A DNA stretch of 64,000 nt from Azolla caroliniana (lineage: Eukaryota; Plantae; Polypodiophyta): contig JBHGNT010000020.1 of assembly GCA_043228905.1 (NCBI GenBank), positions 3,658,001-3,722,000 on the forward strand, given 5' to 3'. Of the stretch, positions 25,900-39,100 are shown one piece after another. Positions within the stretch are counted from its first letter, which is position 1, and the number at the start of each line of letters is the position of its first letter. Both the position numbers and the translations under genes were made by a program. A model generated the notes under the pieces. The model did no database searches, was not told the DNA's origin, and worked only from the letters and a program-made list of their open reading frames with translations.

Positions 25900-28800
25900 G
25901 TACATGCATATTCATTCAACGAGAATAGTGATGACTAGGACAATGACGAGAAGGACACCCATAAAGAAGACATTGATGAAAGAGAAAGTGAAGACACCAG
26001 TGAAGGAAGGAAAAAGGACACCTCTCAAAGAAAGCAAGAAGACACCCACAAGAGAAAGGGTGATGAATTCATCAACACAAAGAAAGAAGATGTACCACTC
26101 CATCATTCAAGACACTCCTGTCGGATGGAGTTATTTCCTTCGAGCACAACCTGAAGTTTATCCTGAGCTGAGAGAGTGGTTGATAAAAACTTGGGGGTCA
26201 GTACATCCCGATACAAGGCGAGGATTCCACATAAGTGGATTGAAGAGGGAATATGTGAACTTATTGAAGACGAGATATGAACATGTTTATGATACAAATC
26301 AAATCTATAACAACGAGGTGGGTACTGTTTTTGCATGTGCATTTGCATGTGAAGTTCAGGGTGGCATCGACGTAGATTGGGAAGATTTTAATTGGCACCG
26401 GTCAAAACATTATAAAGGGTCCTCCAGTACCAACACTGGCTTGAAGTCATCGGGAACCTCTCATGTGGATATTCAGGCTACAACACTTGTCCACCAAGTT
26501 CAATCTGCAAAGGTACGGGCCACAATGACTGAAAAGAATGAACAGATGATGGACAGTTGCATAGCATCTATGAGCTCAAGAATACAAGCACTACTTGTTG
26601 ATTTGTAAGCAGTCAAATCAGCTGAGATACAAGCAGAAAAGAAATTCTCTTCATTAAAGACTACATATGAATGGTTTGCATCGACAATCCAAAATTCAGA
26701 AAGTGAGGTGTTGAAAGAGGAGTTGAAGAAAGAGCTAAACAATATGGGCACTCAATTAGGTTCACAGATGAGAGACCTTGATACTTGCAGGAATGCACAT
26801 TCCGAAATAGATAATAAGTTGTCAGCTTTAAAGTTGCATTCCGAGAACCTTGCGTGCTTGATGCAGGATTTAAAACAAAAAGGTTTTGAAACTTTGTGTC
26901 CATCTATAATTGAGCACCCAAGTGGTATGGAAAGTACCATTACTAGTATAGTTATATCACGGTATTGGCTTTAAAAGTTATTTATTTCTACTTCTGTGGT
27001 ATAAATATCATATTAGCTAATATATTATAACTTGTGTTTGCAATCTGCCAAGTGTATATTTTGTGGCCTCGGATTCAAGCTGGAGGATATGGATGTTGTG
27101 ATTACACCGTGCTTGCACACATATCATGTGCTATATGCTAAGTATCATTTTGAGAAAGAGAATACATGTATGGACTGTAAAACTACAATTGCGGCTGAGT
27201 GGTACTATGCTTGGGGTTTAAAAGTACTCCCATATGGTATGTGGCTCTACTATTCTATTGTTTGTATTATATGATGTCAATTTACATTTGGATTAGAGCT
27301 AGTGTACGCCATAATTCATACTTCAAATTTAGGAGAACAATGGATTAGTATTAGTGTATCTCTAACAACTAATATGTGGAACCCTAATTATGTGGGTTAG
27401 TATTGGCAGTACTCTTAATATATAATTGGTATGTGTAGTTGAAGGGATATTTTCCAGAATTAGTACTAAAAGGGAACCAGGTACAACATCGTCCAATCTA
27501 TATTACAACTTGCCTAGTACTAGTTTAGTAGACACTATACTTGTAGTATATTGTTGATTGTTAGTATTGTTTGTGTAACTTGGGAATTAGTACTAGTTAT
27601 GTAATTTGGGAACAAGGTGTATAGTAAATTGTTGAATATTAGTACAGTTTGTGTAATTTGGAAATGAGGTGTGTCAAACACATATCACGTTTAGTACTAA
27701 TATTGTTCAAGATTAATACTGTTGGTGTAATTAGTACAAGTTATGTAATTAGGTGTGTAGAACACATATCACGTTTAGTATTACTTGTGTGCAAAATACC
27801 ACGTTAGTACTAAAATCCAATCTACATTTGTTGGATTAGATGTTAGTCTAATCTATATTACAATGTGCCTAGTACTAGTGTTAGTACACACTATACTTGT
27901 ACATTGTTGATGATTAGTACTTAGCGAGTAGTACATTGTTCATGATTAGTACTAGTTTTGTAAATTGGGAACTACGTGAGTAGTACACTGCTCATGATTA
28001 GTACTAGTTTTGTAAATTGGACTACTTGTGTAAATTGGGAACTGAGTAGTACATTGTTCACGATTAGTACTAGTTGTGTAATATGGGAACTAGGTGTAGC
28101 TTAATGAATTAGTAATGCAGCTCTTGTGACCTACATTGTATATTTTATATCACGGTACTAACCTTGAAGGTTTTTTGGTTTCTTGCAATGAATGTTGTAG
28201 TGTCAAGCAACTCCACGCCAGGGAAGGTAATGGAACAACCGGCCCCTGTGCCTAAACCCTCGGTATCTACTGAACATTCCAAGGTTCAGGAACCATCATT
28301 ACCAATAACCTATGAGTTTTATGATGAAGATGAATGTATGAGAAGGGCCATTGGAGCAGTGGAACAATGCTTCTACAAACAAATTCCCCAAACTCCAGTC
28401 AACATCAAAACAATCCAAATAACACAAATGGTGCCAACATATCTTAATTCTCATTTGAGAAAGTGTTGAATGCCTAATTTCTTTAGAAATAGAGCCAACT
28501 AAGAAGAGGAATGTTGCAAGAATGTTGTATGGAAAGGGCAAGAAAGGCAAAGTTGAATGCAATGGTGAGTCATATATGTTCTCACCTATCCGGAGAGTTG
28601 TCAACCTAATGCATAATTTGTCTAATACCATGTACTTGTGTTACTAGCTGATGACGAAATGATCTTTAGTGAGGGAGATACGAGTCCAAAACCTAATCGT
28701 GAAGATGAATTTATCACATTCCCAGGTACACGTCAAAAGCCGGTTTTTGAAAACAATGATTTAGATCATAACAACCCTATGATAGTGTTGCTTTTGGTGC

Positions 28801-29795
28801 ATTCTATAGATCATAACAACCGAGCCTACCACTTGCAATGGGGTATCTACGGCTGTACATTATGATGATGTAACAATAGGTAAAAAAGTGGCTCTTAACC
28901 CTACGTTCATTGTTGTTGGTATGTTTGCAAACTTTTGAGTATGTGAGTTGATACTAATATTCTTTGGAATCCCATTATTTAGGTTTACAAGAGCAGTCTG
29001 ATTCCCAATTGCAATCAAATGAATCGGGAACTATATGGAGCACAAGTGTAGAGTCAGATTCTGGGATTAACCTTTGCACGGAGGCAGACTCTGGAAGCAC
29101 ATCTTCCACACATGAGGACTGTGAGAAAAATGAAGCATTCATATTTGAAGAGCAGCTGGCATGTACAAATAATAATTTTTCTAAAGAAGCCCATGAGGAG
29201 TGTGGAAAGAATATGGCAAGTACTGAAGAGAAGACTGATTGTACTGAGAATGTATCTGTAGTGTCTAAAGAATCCCATGAGGATTGTGGAAAGAACATCG
29301 CCAGTACTGAAGAGGAGCCTGATTGTACTGAGAATGTGCTAGTAGTTGTCTAAAGAATCCCATGAGGATTGTGGAAAGAACATCGTTACTAATGAAGGGG
29401 AGCCTACTAGCATCACCCATGAGGACCAGGCAATAAAGACCACCCAAGAAGGGGAGCACGGTTCTCTTAAGAATGAGGTGATATCCACCATACAAGAGGA
29501 GTTGACCCAAGAAGGAGAGCACAATGGTGTTAAGAATGAGGTGACTATGACCAGACAAGAGTTCGCCAGGAGTATTGTTGTAGCCCACATACATGAGCCT
29601 AATTGTACTGAGATTGAGCATACTAGCAACAACATGAGTACTAAAACAGCCCACATTCAGGAGATGAGTGATAATTTTTCTATCTACAGTACCTTTGTGG
29701 ATGTGTGTACAAGCATTGCAGTTGCAGAAAACACAGTTGCTCTCTCAAGCTTGCCACTAGTACAAGAGCAACTCTATAATTACCATAAACACTGA
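25900..29795 (+). pseudogene. Second, convergent multi-exon gene in the DNA transposon (coiled coil, RING-H2-like finger, acidic repeats)
   Basis: ORFs 25904-26608 and 26708-26974 separated by an in-frame stop; 27032-27274 reads CIFC..PCLHTYH..CMDC; later exons at 28164-29795 with SKESHEDCGKN repeats; GT donors after several segments. The exon structure is approximate. Confidence 0.55.
27480..28100. repeat. Intronic AGTACT-rich minisatellite
   Basis: Repeated GATTAGTACTAGTT..GTAAATTGGGAAC units. Confidence 0.7.
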
Positions 29796-30964
29796 CAATA
29801 CAGAAGTGTTGAAGACTTCACACCTTAAACCATGGAAACAAGCAACTCTATAATTACCCTAAACACTTACAATACAAGCTCAATAAATAGTCTCAATACA
29901 TCAAATATATCGATTCATAATACATAATAGAAGAAAGGAATTATATCGATTCATTTGTTAATCATCAAAATTAATATATCAATACATCAAATAGTGAACT
30001 ACAAGTGGATGTTTTTCAGTTTTCTGGTACAATGTATTGATAGGGTGACTTTCAAGCATTAAATAGAGAGACCTCCCCTAATATGTGCTCATGAACCTCT
30101 TGGGGGACCTTGTAGACAGTGTTGTATCCCTTAACCTTGTGCTTTGCTTGAGTCATATTGAATTTGATCGCAAGAATGGCATCAGCGTAGATTATTGCGA
30201 TCGGTGCTTCTTTTAGTAATGCATATGTGTTCTTGCACTGCGGCAACTTTGCATAATAGTTTCCATACACGACAAACTCACCAAGGTTGAAATTGTTGCC
30301 CCAGCCATCCCTCACCACTTCTTTCAATAATGTCTTGCCTTGCTTGCACACCACAATGTAGTAGTCTTCTAAATCTTCATTCTGAGGAGATTTTAGCACT
30401 ACAAAATGATCTCCAACTTCCAATAAAACTGCGAAGTCTTGATGTTGGTTGTAGTATACAATATCGTTTGAATGCGCATCCTCTTCAATATCATATTGTC
30501 GTTCAGGCTCAAGCTTCTGTAGCTTCCAGGGCTCGACGATTGATAGGTTGATGCATTTATCCCAAGCTTCATCTATACACATGGAACAAAAGCATGATAA
30601 AGTACGGAGTAACAATTGTGTTGTGTCCTTGCGGCAAAACCCTAATACACAATGGGTGATGCGTGTGCCTTTCACGGTTTTACAACCATATGATTTAGTT
30701 CTATCAACTTCATCAGTTCGAATTTCAACAAACAATCTGTTCTTACCATCATTTGACATCTTCCATGTTAGCCATTGCACAACATCATGTGCATTTTGTA
30801 ACTTAGCACCATTATTATCCAACTGCTCACTTGTAAGGGCACGTTTGATCACAGCCCCCGCGCCATCATGCTCTCCTTTTCCATGTCCAGACCCGAAGTA
30901 GTTCCATTGCATACGAATGTTGAATAAGGAGAAATACTTGCTTTTGTATCTCAAGTTTCCAACA

Positions 30965-32240
30965 AAATTAGTATTATGTTGTCAATCGAGAGTACTACAC
31001 ATCCATTAATACTGATTTAGTACAAATACAAAACAAAGCATAGCACAATGTATCCATTGAGAACACTCTACCCTTATTAAAAGATAAATAGTACTATGTT
31101 GTCAACCATGTGAACTTGGCATCCATTAATACTAATTTAGTATGGATACAGCACAAAGCATAGTACAATGAATTCATGGAAAGCATTGTACATGAATTAA
31201 CAGATAAATAGTACAAACTCTTCAATATCAGATAGTACTATGTTGCTGACGACGAGTACTTTACATTCATTAATACTGATTTAGTACAGATACAATACAC
31301 AATACAGTACAAGGTGTCCACGGAGAACACGACCCTCCTTAGAAGATAATTAGTACTACAACAAATGTACTTTACATCCCCCAATAAACACTGATTTAGT
31401 ATAGATACAACACATAGTACAATACAGTGTGTTCATGGAGAACACTCAACATGGATTAATAGATAAGTAGTACAAACTCTTCAATATAAGACAGTACTAT
31501 GAGTACAAGACATGTACTTTACATCTTCCGATAATTACTGATTTAGTATAGATACAACACCAAGTACAATACATTGTGTTCATGGAGAACACTCAACATT
31601 GATTAATAGATCATTAGTACAAACTCTTCAATCTAGGACAGTACTATGAGTAAAAGACATGTACTTTACATCCTTCGATAATTACTTCTTCAGTACAGAT
31701 ACAACACATAGTACAATACAATGTCCATGGAAAACCCTCAACATGGATTAAAAGATCATTAGTACAATTCTCTTAAGGACGGTCAATACTATGAGTACAA
31801 GTTGAGTAAATACTGATTTAGTACAGATACAACACACAACATAGTACAATGTGTCTATGGAGAACACTTCACATGGATTAAAAGATAATTAGTACAATTC
31901 TCTTAAGGACGGACAATACTATAGAGTACAATACGAGTACTTTACATTCTTCAGTAAATACTGATTTAGTAAAGATACAACACACAACATAGTACACTTT
32001 GTCTATGGAGAACACTTCACATGGATTAAAAGATAATAAACACAGATTCACGTGATAGGATAGTACTATTTGATCAATCAAGAACAGTTAACTTAGTTAC
32101 AAACAAAATTAGTATGCATGCATCCATGCGAATAGTGCTATGTTCGAATAGTTACAAACATAATTAGTATGCATGCATCCATGTGAATAGTGCTATGTTC
32201 GAATAGTTACAAACATAATTAGTATGCCTGCACTAACACA
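30965..32240. repeat. Degenerate ~120-150-bp tandem repeats in the transposase intron
   Basis: Repeated TACTGATTTAGTACAGATACAACAC...CATGGAGAACACT...GATTAA units. Confidence 0.8.
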
Positions 32241-32297
32241 AGAATTACTTCCTTACACATTGCATGATAAGTACTAAATATATGGATTAAAAATTAC

Positions 32298-35200
32298 TGT
32301 GAAAGTGTTTTTAGAATTCAAGGTATTGAAGTCTACAAAAATATAAGGTATGGAGCATTCACACCCGAATGCCAAGAACACGAGCTAAGGTTTCAAGTAT
32401 AAGTCAAACTAAAAGCAAGAAAGATGGAGAAAAGTAAAAGAAGGAAAAAGCAAACCACCAAAAAGCAGTCAGAAACAAACGCTCATAACTCTCTCGTTTG
32501 ACACCCAAATATCACGTGTAAATATGGATTAGAAAGCTTATGACGAGAGCTATCCGCAGCTTTTTAAAACTCTAACTTTGGAGCATGGATGAGGGAGATA
32601 TGACGATTAGAAGATCGTTGTGTCATAGCTAAGAATAGGAGATGAAAAAGCTCTAAAAAAAGCGTGGAAAAGAAAGCAAGCGAAACTTATCTACTAGAGG
32701 AGAACTTCATATAAAGCAAGAAGAGTGAGGTGGTGAGGAGAGCTTTTTTCTTGTGGTGTTTTTCTTGCCTATTCATGTAGTGCGTTTTTCTAGCGATCAA
32801 TTCATCCTTGTAGGCTTGAGTTTATGTATCTTCTTTCTCTTGTTTTCTATGATCATCACTCCTTATTAATATATCTTTGTAGATTTGGGTTTCTATATCT
32901 TCCTTCTCCCTCTTTTCATTTTGGCGCTCCAGGGAGGGTCGATCCTTTCCGTATAACGAGAGATCAATGCGTGTAAGGAAGCATTGGTAAGTGCCAAGTT
33001 GCAGTGTATGAAGGTGTTCGTGCATGATTTATGTTTTGGATTTGCATTGAGTAGCAACAAAGTTATGTGGGCATCAACTCTTCAACAACAATTTGATCAA
33101 GAGCAAAGAGAATTACTTGCAATGCATGATTGGAGTATCATGAACTTATCACCATCAAAGGATCCACCACAACTAATCAAATGTATAAAGGAGAAGGAAT
33201 CATCTATCGACAATGGCAATCAAGAAGAGGAAAGCATAACAACTGATGAATCTTCGTGGGATAGGGAAAACAAATCATTCCACATGGTGTCTAAGGAGGA
33301 AGAAGAAGTCATTGAAGAGAAAAGCATTATCACCTTGGAGAAGATGATTTCAAGCTATATCCAAGGAGAAGAGCATCTAAGGTTTAGTTCTTTTTTTTTT
33401 TGAGTTTCCAAAATTACTCATAAATGTCTATTCACATATAAAAGGAGAAGATTGCTTCAAAGACCTTATCAAATTGAAGGTACCAATTGCCCAAACTCTT
33501 CAAGAATCTAAGGTTGTGCAAAAGAAAGATCATAAAGCATTGTTACAAGAGAGTTTCATTTATCATATGGAGAATTTGAAGTTTGTCTCACTTATTGTGG
33601 TTGTTCCAAAGGAGAAAGACGTCAACTTCCAACCCTTGAATGATTCAACCAAACGAGATTTATTTTTGCTTCCTTTTCGAGATGAGATTCTAGATGAAAT
33701 GGTCAAACATATAAAACAAGGTAGTGTGGAGAATGTCATGTGCCAAGAAGGAATTCACATGGAATCAAAGATCAAAGTAATTCAAAATATGACAATTCTG
33801 ACAAGTATCGAAGCTTTGAAGGTATTTGTACAAAAGGTTCGCTCGCTCGAAAGATTTATTCATATGTTAACATGCTTACTTCTCTCAAGACCTATGTATC
33901 GCATGATCCTACTCATGTTTCGAGAGTTGACAAAGACATAGTAATTGTGGTAACCTCTTTCTTTGTGTTGACAAGGAGAAAGATGGTGATGGCAATTGTC
34001 AATGTGTGTGTGTGTGTTTAGAAGTGTAAGGTTTTTCATACCGACTAGCGGGGGTTTTACTCACATAATTTGTTTTATTTATTCTCTCCTTCTTTGTCTA
34101 TAGCCATGAATAAGGCGAAGGAGAATTTTTGGTTTTATTAGTAGCTTAGGGTTCACCATAAATGGTTCACCAAAAAGCAAGGGGGAGGGCTAAATGTGAA
34201 AGTGTTTTTAGAATTCAAGGTATTGAAGTCTACAAAAATATAAGGTATGGAGCATTCACACCCGAATGCCAAGAACACGAGCTAAGGTTTCAAGTATAAG
34301 TCAAACTAAAAGCAAGAAAGATGGAGAAAAGTAAAAGAAGGAAAAAGCAAACCACCAAAAAGCAGTCAGAAACAAACGCTCATAACTCTCTCGTTTGACA
34401 CCCAAATATCACGTGTAAATATGGGTTAGAAAGCTTATGACGAGAGCTATCCGTAGCTTTTTAAAACTCTAAATTTGGAGCATGGATGAGGGAGATATGA
34501 CGATTAGAAGATCGTTGTGTCATAGCTAAGAATAGGAGATGAAAAAGCTCTAAAAAAAGCGTGGAAAAGAAAGCAAGCGAAACTTATCTACTAGAGGAGA
34601 ACTTCATATAAAGCAAGAAGAGTGAGGTGGTGATGAGAGCTTCTTTCTTGTGGTGTTTTTCTTGCCTATTTATGTAGTGCGTTTTTCTAGCGATCAATTC
34701 ATCCTTGTAGGCTTGAGTTTATGTATCTTCTTTCTCTTGTTTTCTATGATAATCACTCCTTATTTTCTATGATCATCACTCCTTATCAATTCAAGGATGA
34801 ATTGATCGCTAGAAAAACGCACTACATGAATAGGCAAGAAAAACACCACAAGAAAAAAACTCCCCTCACCACCTCACTCTTCTTGCTTTATTTGAAGTTC
34901 TCCTCTAGTAGATAAGTTTCGCTTGCTTTCTTTTCCACGCTTTTTTTAGAGCTTTTCCATCTCCTATTATTAGCTATGACACAACGATCTTCTAATCGTC
35001 ATATCTCCCTCATCCATGCTCCAAATTTAGAGTTTTAAAAAGTTACGGATAGCTCTCGTCATAAGCTTTCTAACCCATATTTACGCGTGATATTTGGCTG
35101 TCAAACGAGAGAGTTATGAGCGTTTGTTTCTGACTGCTTTTTGGTGGTCTGCTTTTTCCTTCTTTTACTTTTCTCCATCTTTCTTGCTTTTAGTTTGACT

Positions 35201-35304
35201 TATACTTGAAACCTTAGCTCGTGTTCTTGGCATTCGGGTGTGTATGCTCCATACCTTATATTTTTGTAGACTTCAATACCTTGAATTCTAAAAACACTTT
35301 CACA
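32298..35304 (+). mobile_element. Non-autonomous Gypsy-derived LTR element with a fold-back right end (LTR 32298-32983; partial LTR 34195-~34790; inverted LTR 34792-35304)
   Basis: TSD ATTAC (32293-32297 and 35305-35309); TGG PBS-like site after 32983; PPT before 34195; decayed RT remnants (SLIVVVPK, LPFRDEILD). Confidence 0.88.
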
Positions 35305-37059
35305 ATTACCTGGCGATAAAGTAGAACGATCGTGCCGCCTTAAACTGCAAGGCAGCACCATCAGACCAAACCCAATGACGGTTAAAGGTTAACCTTAGAG
35401 ACAATAAATCTGCATGGTGAAGCTTAAAACAATGTTGAACAAATGGTGTATCATGCTTGTTATCATCTAAAATGTAAAATATTGATTTCTTTTGTAACTC
35501 ACCGTCTTGCCTCCAATAGCAAATATGTATAAGTATTGTACATTGATCATTGTACCAATGCATTGATTGAACCTCATTTTGAACTGTGAATTCCTTGAAC
35601 TGTGAATTTTGCCAATAACTCCAGAAGTTATGTGGAATGAGCTCCCCAAGTTGTTTCTTAAATTCTGAGACAAGGGTAGCAGCACATGTCTCCTTATATA
35701 CTTCCTTGATACGCTTAGTTACAAGTCCCTTGCCAATATTTTCAGTCACATACTCTAAATATTTCCATTTCACGATATGACTGTTTCCCAAATCAAGCTC
35801 CTGCCTACAAAATAATGGTAGTGGAAAAACCTTACATGTTCTTAATAGACATGTACGACGATGCCACTCACATGATAGTTCTTTTTCACAAACACAAGAC
35901 CTCCATAGCTCAGAAACGGATGCATAAGTCATGTTTTGTGCATTACACCTATTATCCTCCCCATTTGGTCTACAAACCTCACAAGTGCAGACACATAATT
36001 CCCCGTGTATACCCTTAGAATCAATACGCATTGCATTCACTCCTAGCCTTAACATGTCCATCTTCACGTGGTACACACAACAACATGTATTCCTCTCATT
36101 TAATTTTCTAACATAAAATGGTTTCAAACCTTGGAACTTGCGGAATCCAACAGTCAAGCTTGGATGTTGGTCTTTAAAGTTCATGTACAATTCAGCCTAC
36201 ATCAACCAATATATATAGCAAACATTAATATACACTTGGTCAAAACACAAATTTATGGAATGTGAATTGATATAAAAAAATGGAATACCTTTGTCATCTC
36301 CAAGAAGTGTCTAGGGTGAATCTGGTACTTACCCTGACTTATTCGTTGTCTACACACGTCCTTCTTATTTGGTGAGACACGCGTATTTTTGGCCCAAAAT
36401 GAATCCACTTTCTCAATAATCTCTTGAGATAAGGCATCGCATCGTCGTCTACGTCCCAACCCCAGCCACTTGAATTGGCTTGAGTGTATATTTTGGCGAT
36501 GTTTCCTCAAGTTCCTTCTTTGAATACCCAAGGCTAAGGCAACTTTAGTATCACTATATTTTTTTTCTCTCGCACTGTTTACAACCATGTGTAGGGTTGC
36601 CCTCTTTGCAGCAAGTTTGTCTATGCTCTCTACACCTTTCACTAAGTCTAGGGATGACTTCATAGACTCTACAATATCTTTTGAAACACATTGGTCCCTA
36701 AATTTTATTCTCTCCATGTCTTCATTCAAACGTTGATGGTGTAACACTCTACATATAATATCCCTACGATCCTCTTCACTAAATCTCTTCGTTATTTCTA
36801 CCAAATAACGGACTATGTGAAGAACCACCCATCTCTTGGTCCTTTCAAATATAGATGAGTTACTTGACAACTCACTCTCATTGGGGACCCCCATTTGGTC
36901 ACTAGATTTATCCAAAAAAATTAAGTGTCCGGCGAGAGTAGTTAATGTTATATAGACTACACTAAGAAAACTCAATCAAATGTTTCTAAATGTGGCCTGC
37001 AAAGTGAGAAATAATTCGTTTTGAACATTAGAATTACGGATCAAATATGCCAATTGTAA

Positions 37060-37500
37060 AATCTAAAAATTTAGTACTGAAAAATGAAGAAATGAAAAAT
37101 TTTAGTCCTGAAAATAAAAAAATGGATGGAAGGAACCTCCAATGGTGGAAGCATGACGTACAAATTTGACAATTGTAAAATCTAAAAATTTAATACTAAA
37201 AAATGAAGAAATGAAAAATTTTAGTCCTGAAAATAAAAAATTGGATGCAAGGAACCTCCAATGGTGGCGGGAGCATTTATTCTGTGTGATATGCCGCCTC
37301 AATTTGCTGAAAAGAACCTCCAATGGTGGCGGGAGCGTTGATTCTGTGTGATATGTCGCCTCGATTTGCTGAAAAGAACCTCCAATGGTGGAGGGCGCCT
37401 TGAATCGTTGTGATATGCTGCCTTAATTTAGTGGAAGGAACCTCCAATGGTGGAGGGCGCCTTCAATCTTTGTGATATGCCGCTTGGATTCGGGGGAAGA
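37060..37500. repeat. Subterminal tandem repeats of the DNA transposon
   Basis: GAACCTCCAATGGTGG recurs at ~37132, 37252, 37315, 37376 and 37438; duplicated AAAATGAAGAAATGAAAAATTTTAGTCCTG block. Confidence 0.8.
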
Positions 37501-38598
37501 ATCCTCGCCTCGATGGAAAAAGCCCCAAATCACCATGACATAAACTACAATCGGTGGAAGTAAGAAAGTCGTTGTCGACGAAGTCACTATTGGCTGTTAT
37601 AAGAGGCCTCAGAACAATCTCTGTTCCTCAACCTAAACCCTAACAAAAATAGAAACCCTAAAAAAACCAGAAATCCTTAACTCAAAAGCTCCAACCTGAC
37701 ATGGATGTTTGAGATTTGCTCCCTAACCCCTAACAAAACTCTTAGATTGGAGGAAAAGCAGAAACGTGACATGGATGTCTGAGATGAAGAGCTAAGAGGG
37801 ATAGAGGAAGAGGAGTATGAGGGGAACCGCCAAAAACGACGTGAGGGGAAGCGCCAAAATCGATGTGAGGGGGAAATAGCCCCCAAAATGGAAAGAACAT
37901 CTCCTCACGTGTTCCCCCCACTCCTTGTAGTAAATGACACTTGTACTATAGTCACCCCACTCTCCAAAATTGATTTTTTTTTTCTCTGATTTTTTTTTCT
38001 AAATTATTCAGTACTAACAGTATCGAAAGTACTGACAATTTTTGTAGCCAAAAACAGTACTTTTCTGGTACACCGTAGCGTGCTTCCACCCTTCACACAT
38101 TATACTACACATGTTGCACCTAACTACAAAACCATATTCTTTGCGGAGCGGGCAAATCGTACACATCCATACATGTTAGAGCCCATACATGTTATCTGCC
38201 ATTTGAACCATTGCTTCCATGCGACTTAGCTCACATGCATTGCGATGTGAAACAGGGCGTTGGGGTACAAGTGATGAGAGTGGTCGGCTATGCACACTTT
38301 GCCCTAAACAAGTTCGTGAGTCTGAGTATCACACTTTGATACAATGCTCTGCCTTTGATCATATTCGACCATGTTTTCCACATCTCTTCGATCGAGCCCA
38401 ATCTTTGCATGAATTCCTCTCACAACCACAATGTGCACTCTCGATTGCAACATTCATTGGTAAAGTTCTTGAACATCGAGAGTCACTGCTCACTTTCACA
38501 CGTATCACGTGAAATGTAATATTTTTGGTCTCATAGGTCATATTTGACCTCCGAAGACGATAATATAATCTATATATCTATCTATCTATCTATCTATC

Positions 38599-38600
<2 letters not shown>

Positions 38601-38658
<58 letters not shown>
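38601..38658. repeat. (TG)n microsatellite next to the LINE tail
   Basis: Seen directly. Confidence 0.95.
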
Positions 38659-38660
<2 letters not shown>

Positions 38661-39032
38661 GCTAGATAGCAACTACCCATATATACCTAATCTAGATCAA
38701 CCTCTCAGCTTTGATACCATGTTAGAAATATTGAGAATCGATTAGATAAGTATATAGAGCTACATCCACAGAGATGGATATATGAAAACAAAACTTCTAT
38801 TACATATGAGAGTAGCTCAGAATGGTAGTTCACACCTTAGAGCTTAGATGGGATCTAGACCAGCTCACTACAAAATAAGTGGGGACTGATGATCCATACA
38901 CCATTGTGTAAGAGAGTGGATTATATTCTCTGTTTGGTCTGAGTGTAACATTAAATGTGCATGTCAGTTGATTGTAGTGGAGATATTCCTTTTCTGTCAA
39001 CTGACTTGTCATTGTATGAAGACATACATTTT

Positions 39033-39100
39033 GGCCTTACAAGGATTCGAACCCAAAACTTCTTAGTCTATATGTTAGACCTTTAACCATTATGATAACA
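39033..39100 (-). promoter_or_regulatory. tRNA-like A/B-box module in chromovirus LTR U3, antisense
   Basis: Minus strand TATCATAATGGTTAAAGG ... GGTTCGAATCC (perfect B box, 39043-39053); copies in the 3' LTR at ~44325-44390 and ~44570-44665. Confidence 0.65.

Larger units (their letters stand above)
30052..36900 (-). pseudogene. Spliced DDD-type transposase: exons ~36900-36289, 36196-35310, 30949-30052
   Basis: GT/AG junctions keep the frame (..MTK|AELY.., ..FIAR|YKSKY..); motifs TCCCVYH, QNEVQSMHW, WSDGAALQFK, FGSGHGKGEHDGAG, LSCFCSMC. The start is uncertain. Confidence 0.8.
24910..38091 (-). mobile_element. Sola2-like DNA transposon (about 25-bp TIR, GGG/CCC ends, 4-bp TSD TTCA)
   Basis: Left end GGGTCGAAGCATGCTACGGTGTATC versus reverse complement of the right end GGGTGGAAGCACGCTACGGTGTACC; TTCA at 24906-24909 and 38092-38095; the LINE continues across the insertion. 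Superfamily inferred from GRG ends, 4-bp TSD and transposase motifs. Confidence 0.85.
21890..38598 (+). mobile_element. RTEX-like LINE (APE, RT, C-terminal Cys/His motif) split by the DNA transposon at 24910-38091
   Basis: APE motifs ETW, GDMNAR, IDYV, SDH; RT QGCPLSP, YADD; C-terminus RLSSHALRCETGRW..CTLC..ESEYHTLIQC after 38096; (TATC)n tail ~38569-38598; an ~86-bp internal tandem duplication at ~22130-22300. Confidence 0.88.

Noticed and set aside
37120-37470. CRISPR-like repeat GAACCTCCAATGGTGG
   Set aside because: The intervening sequences resemble each other, the context is eukaryotic and there are no cas genes; these are subterminal TE repeats.
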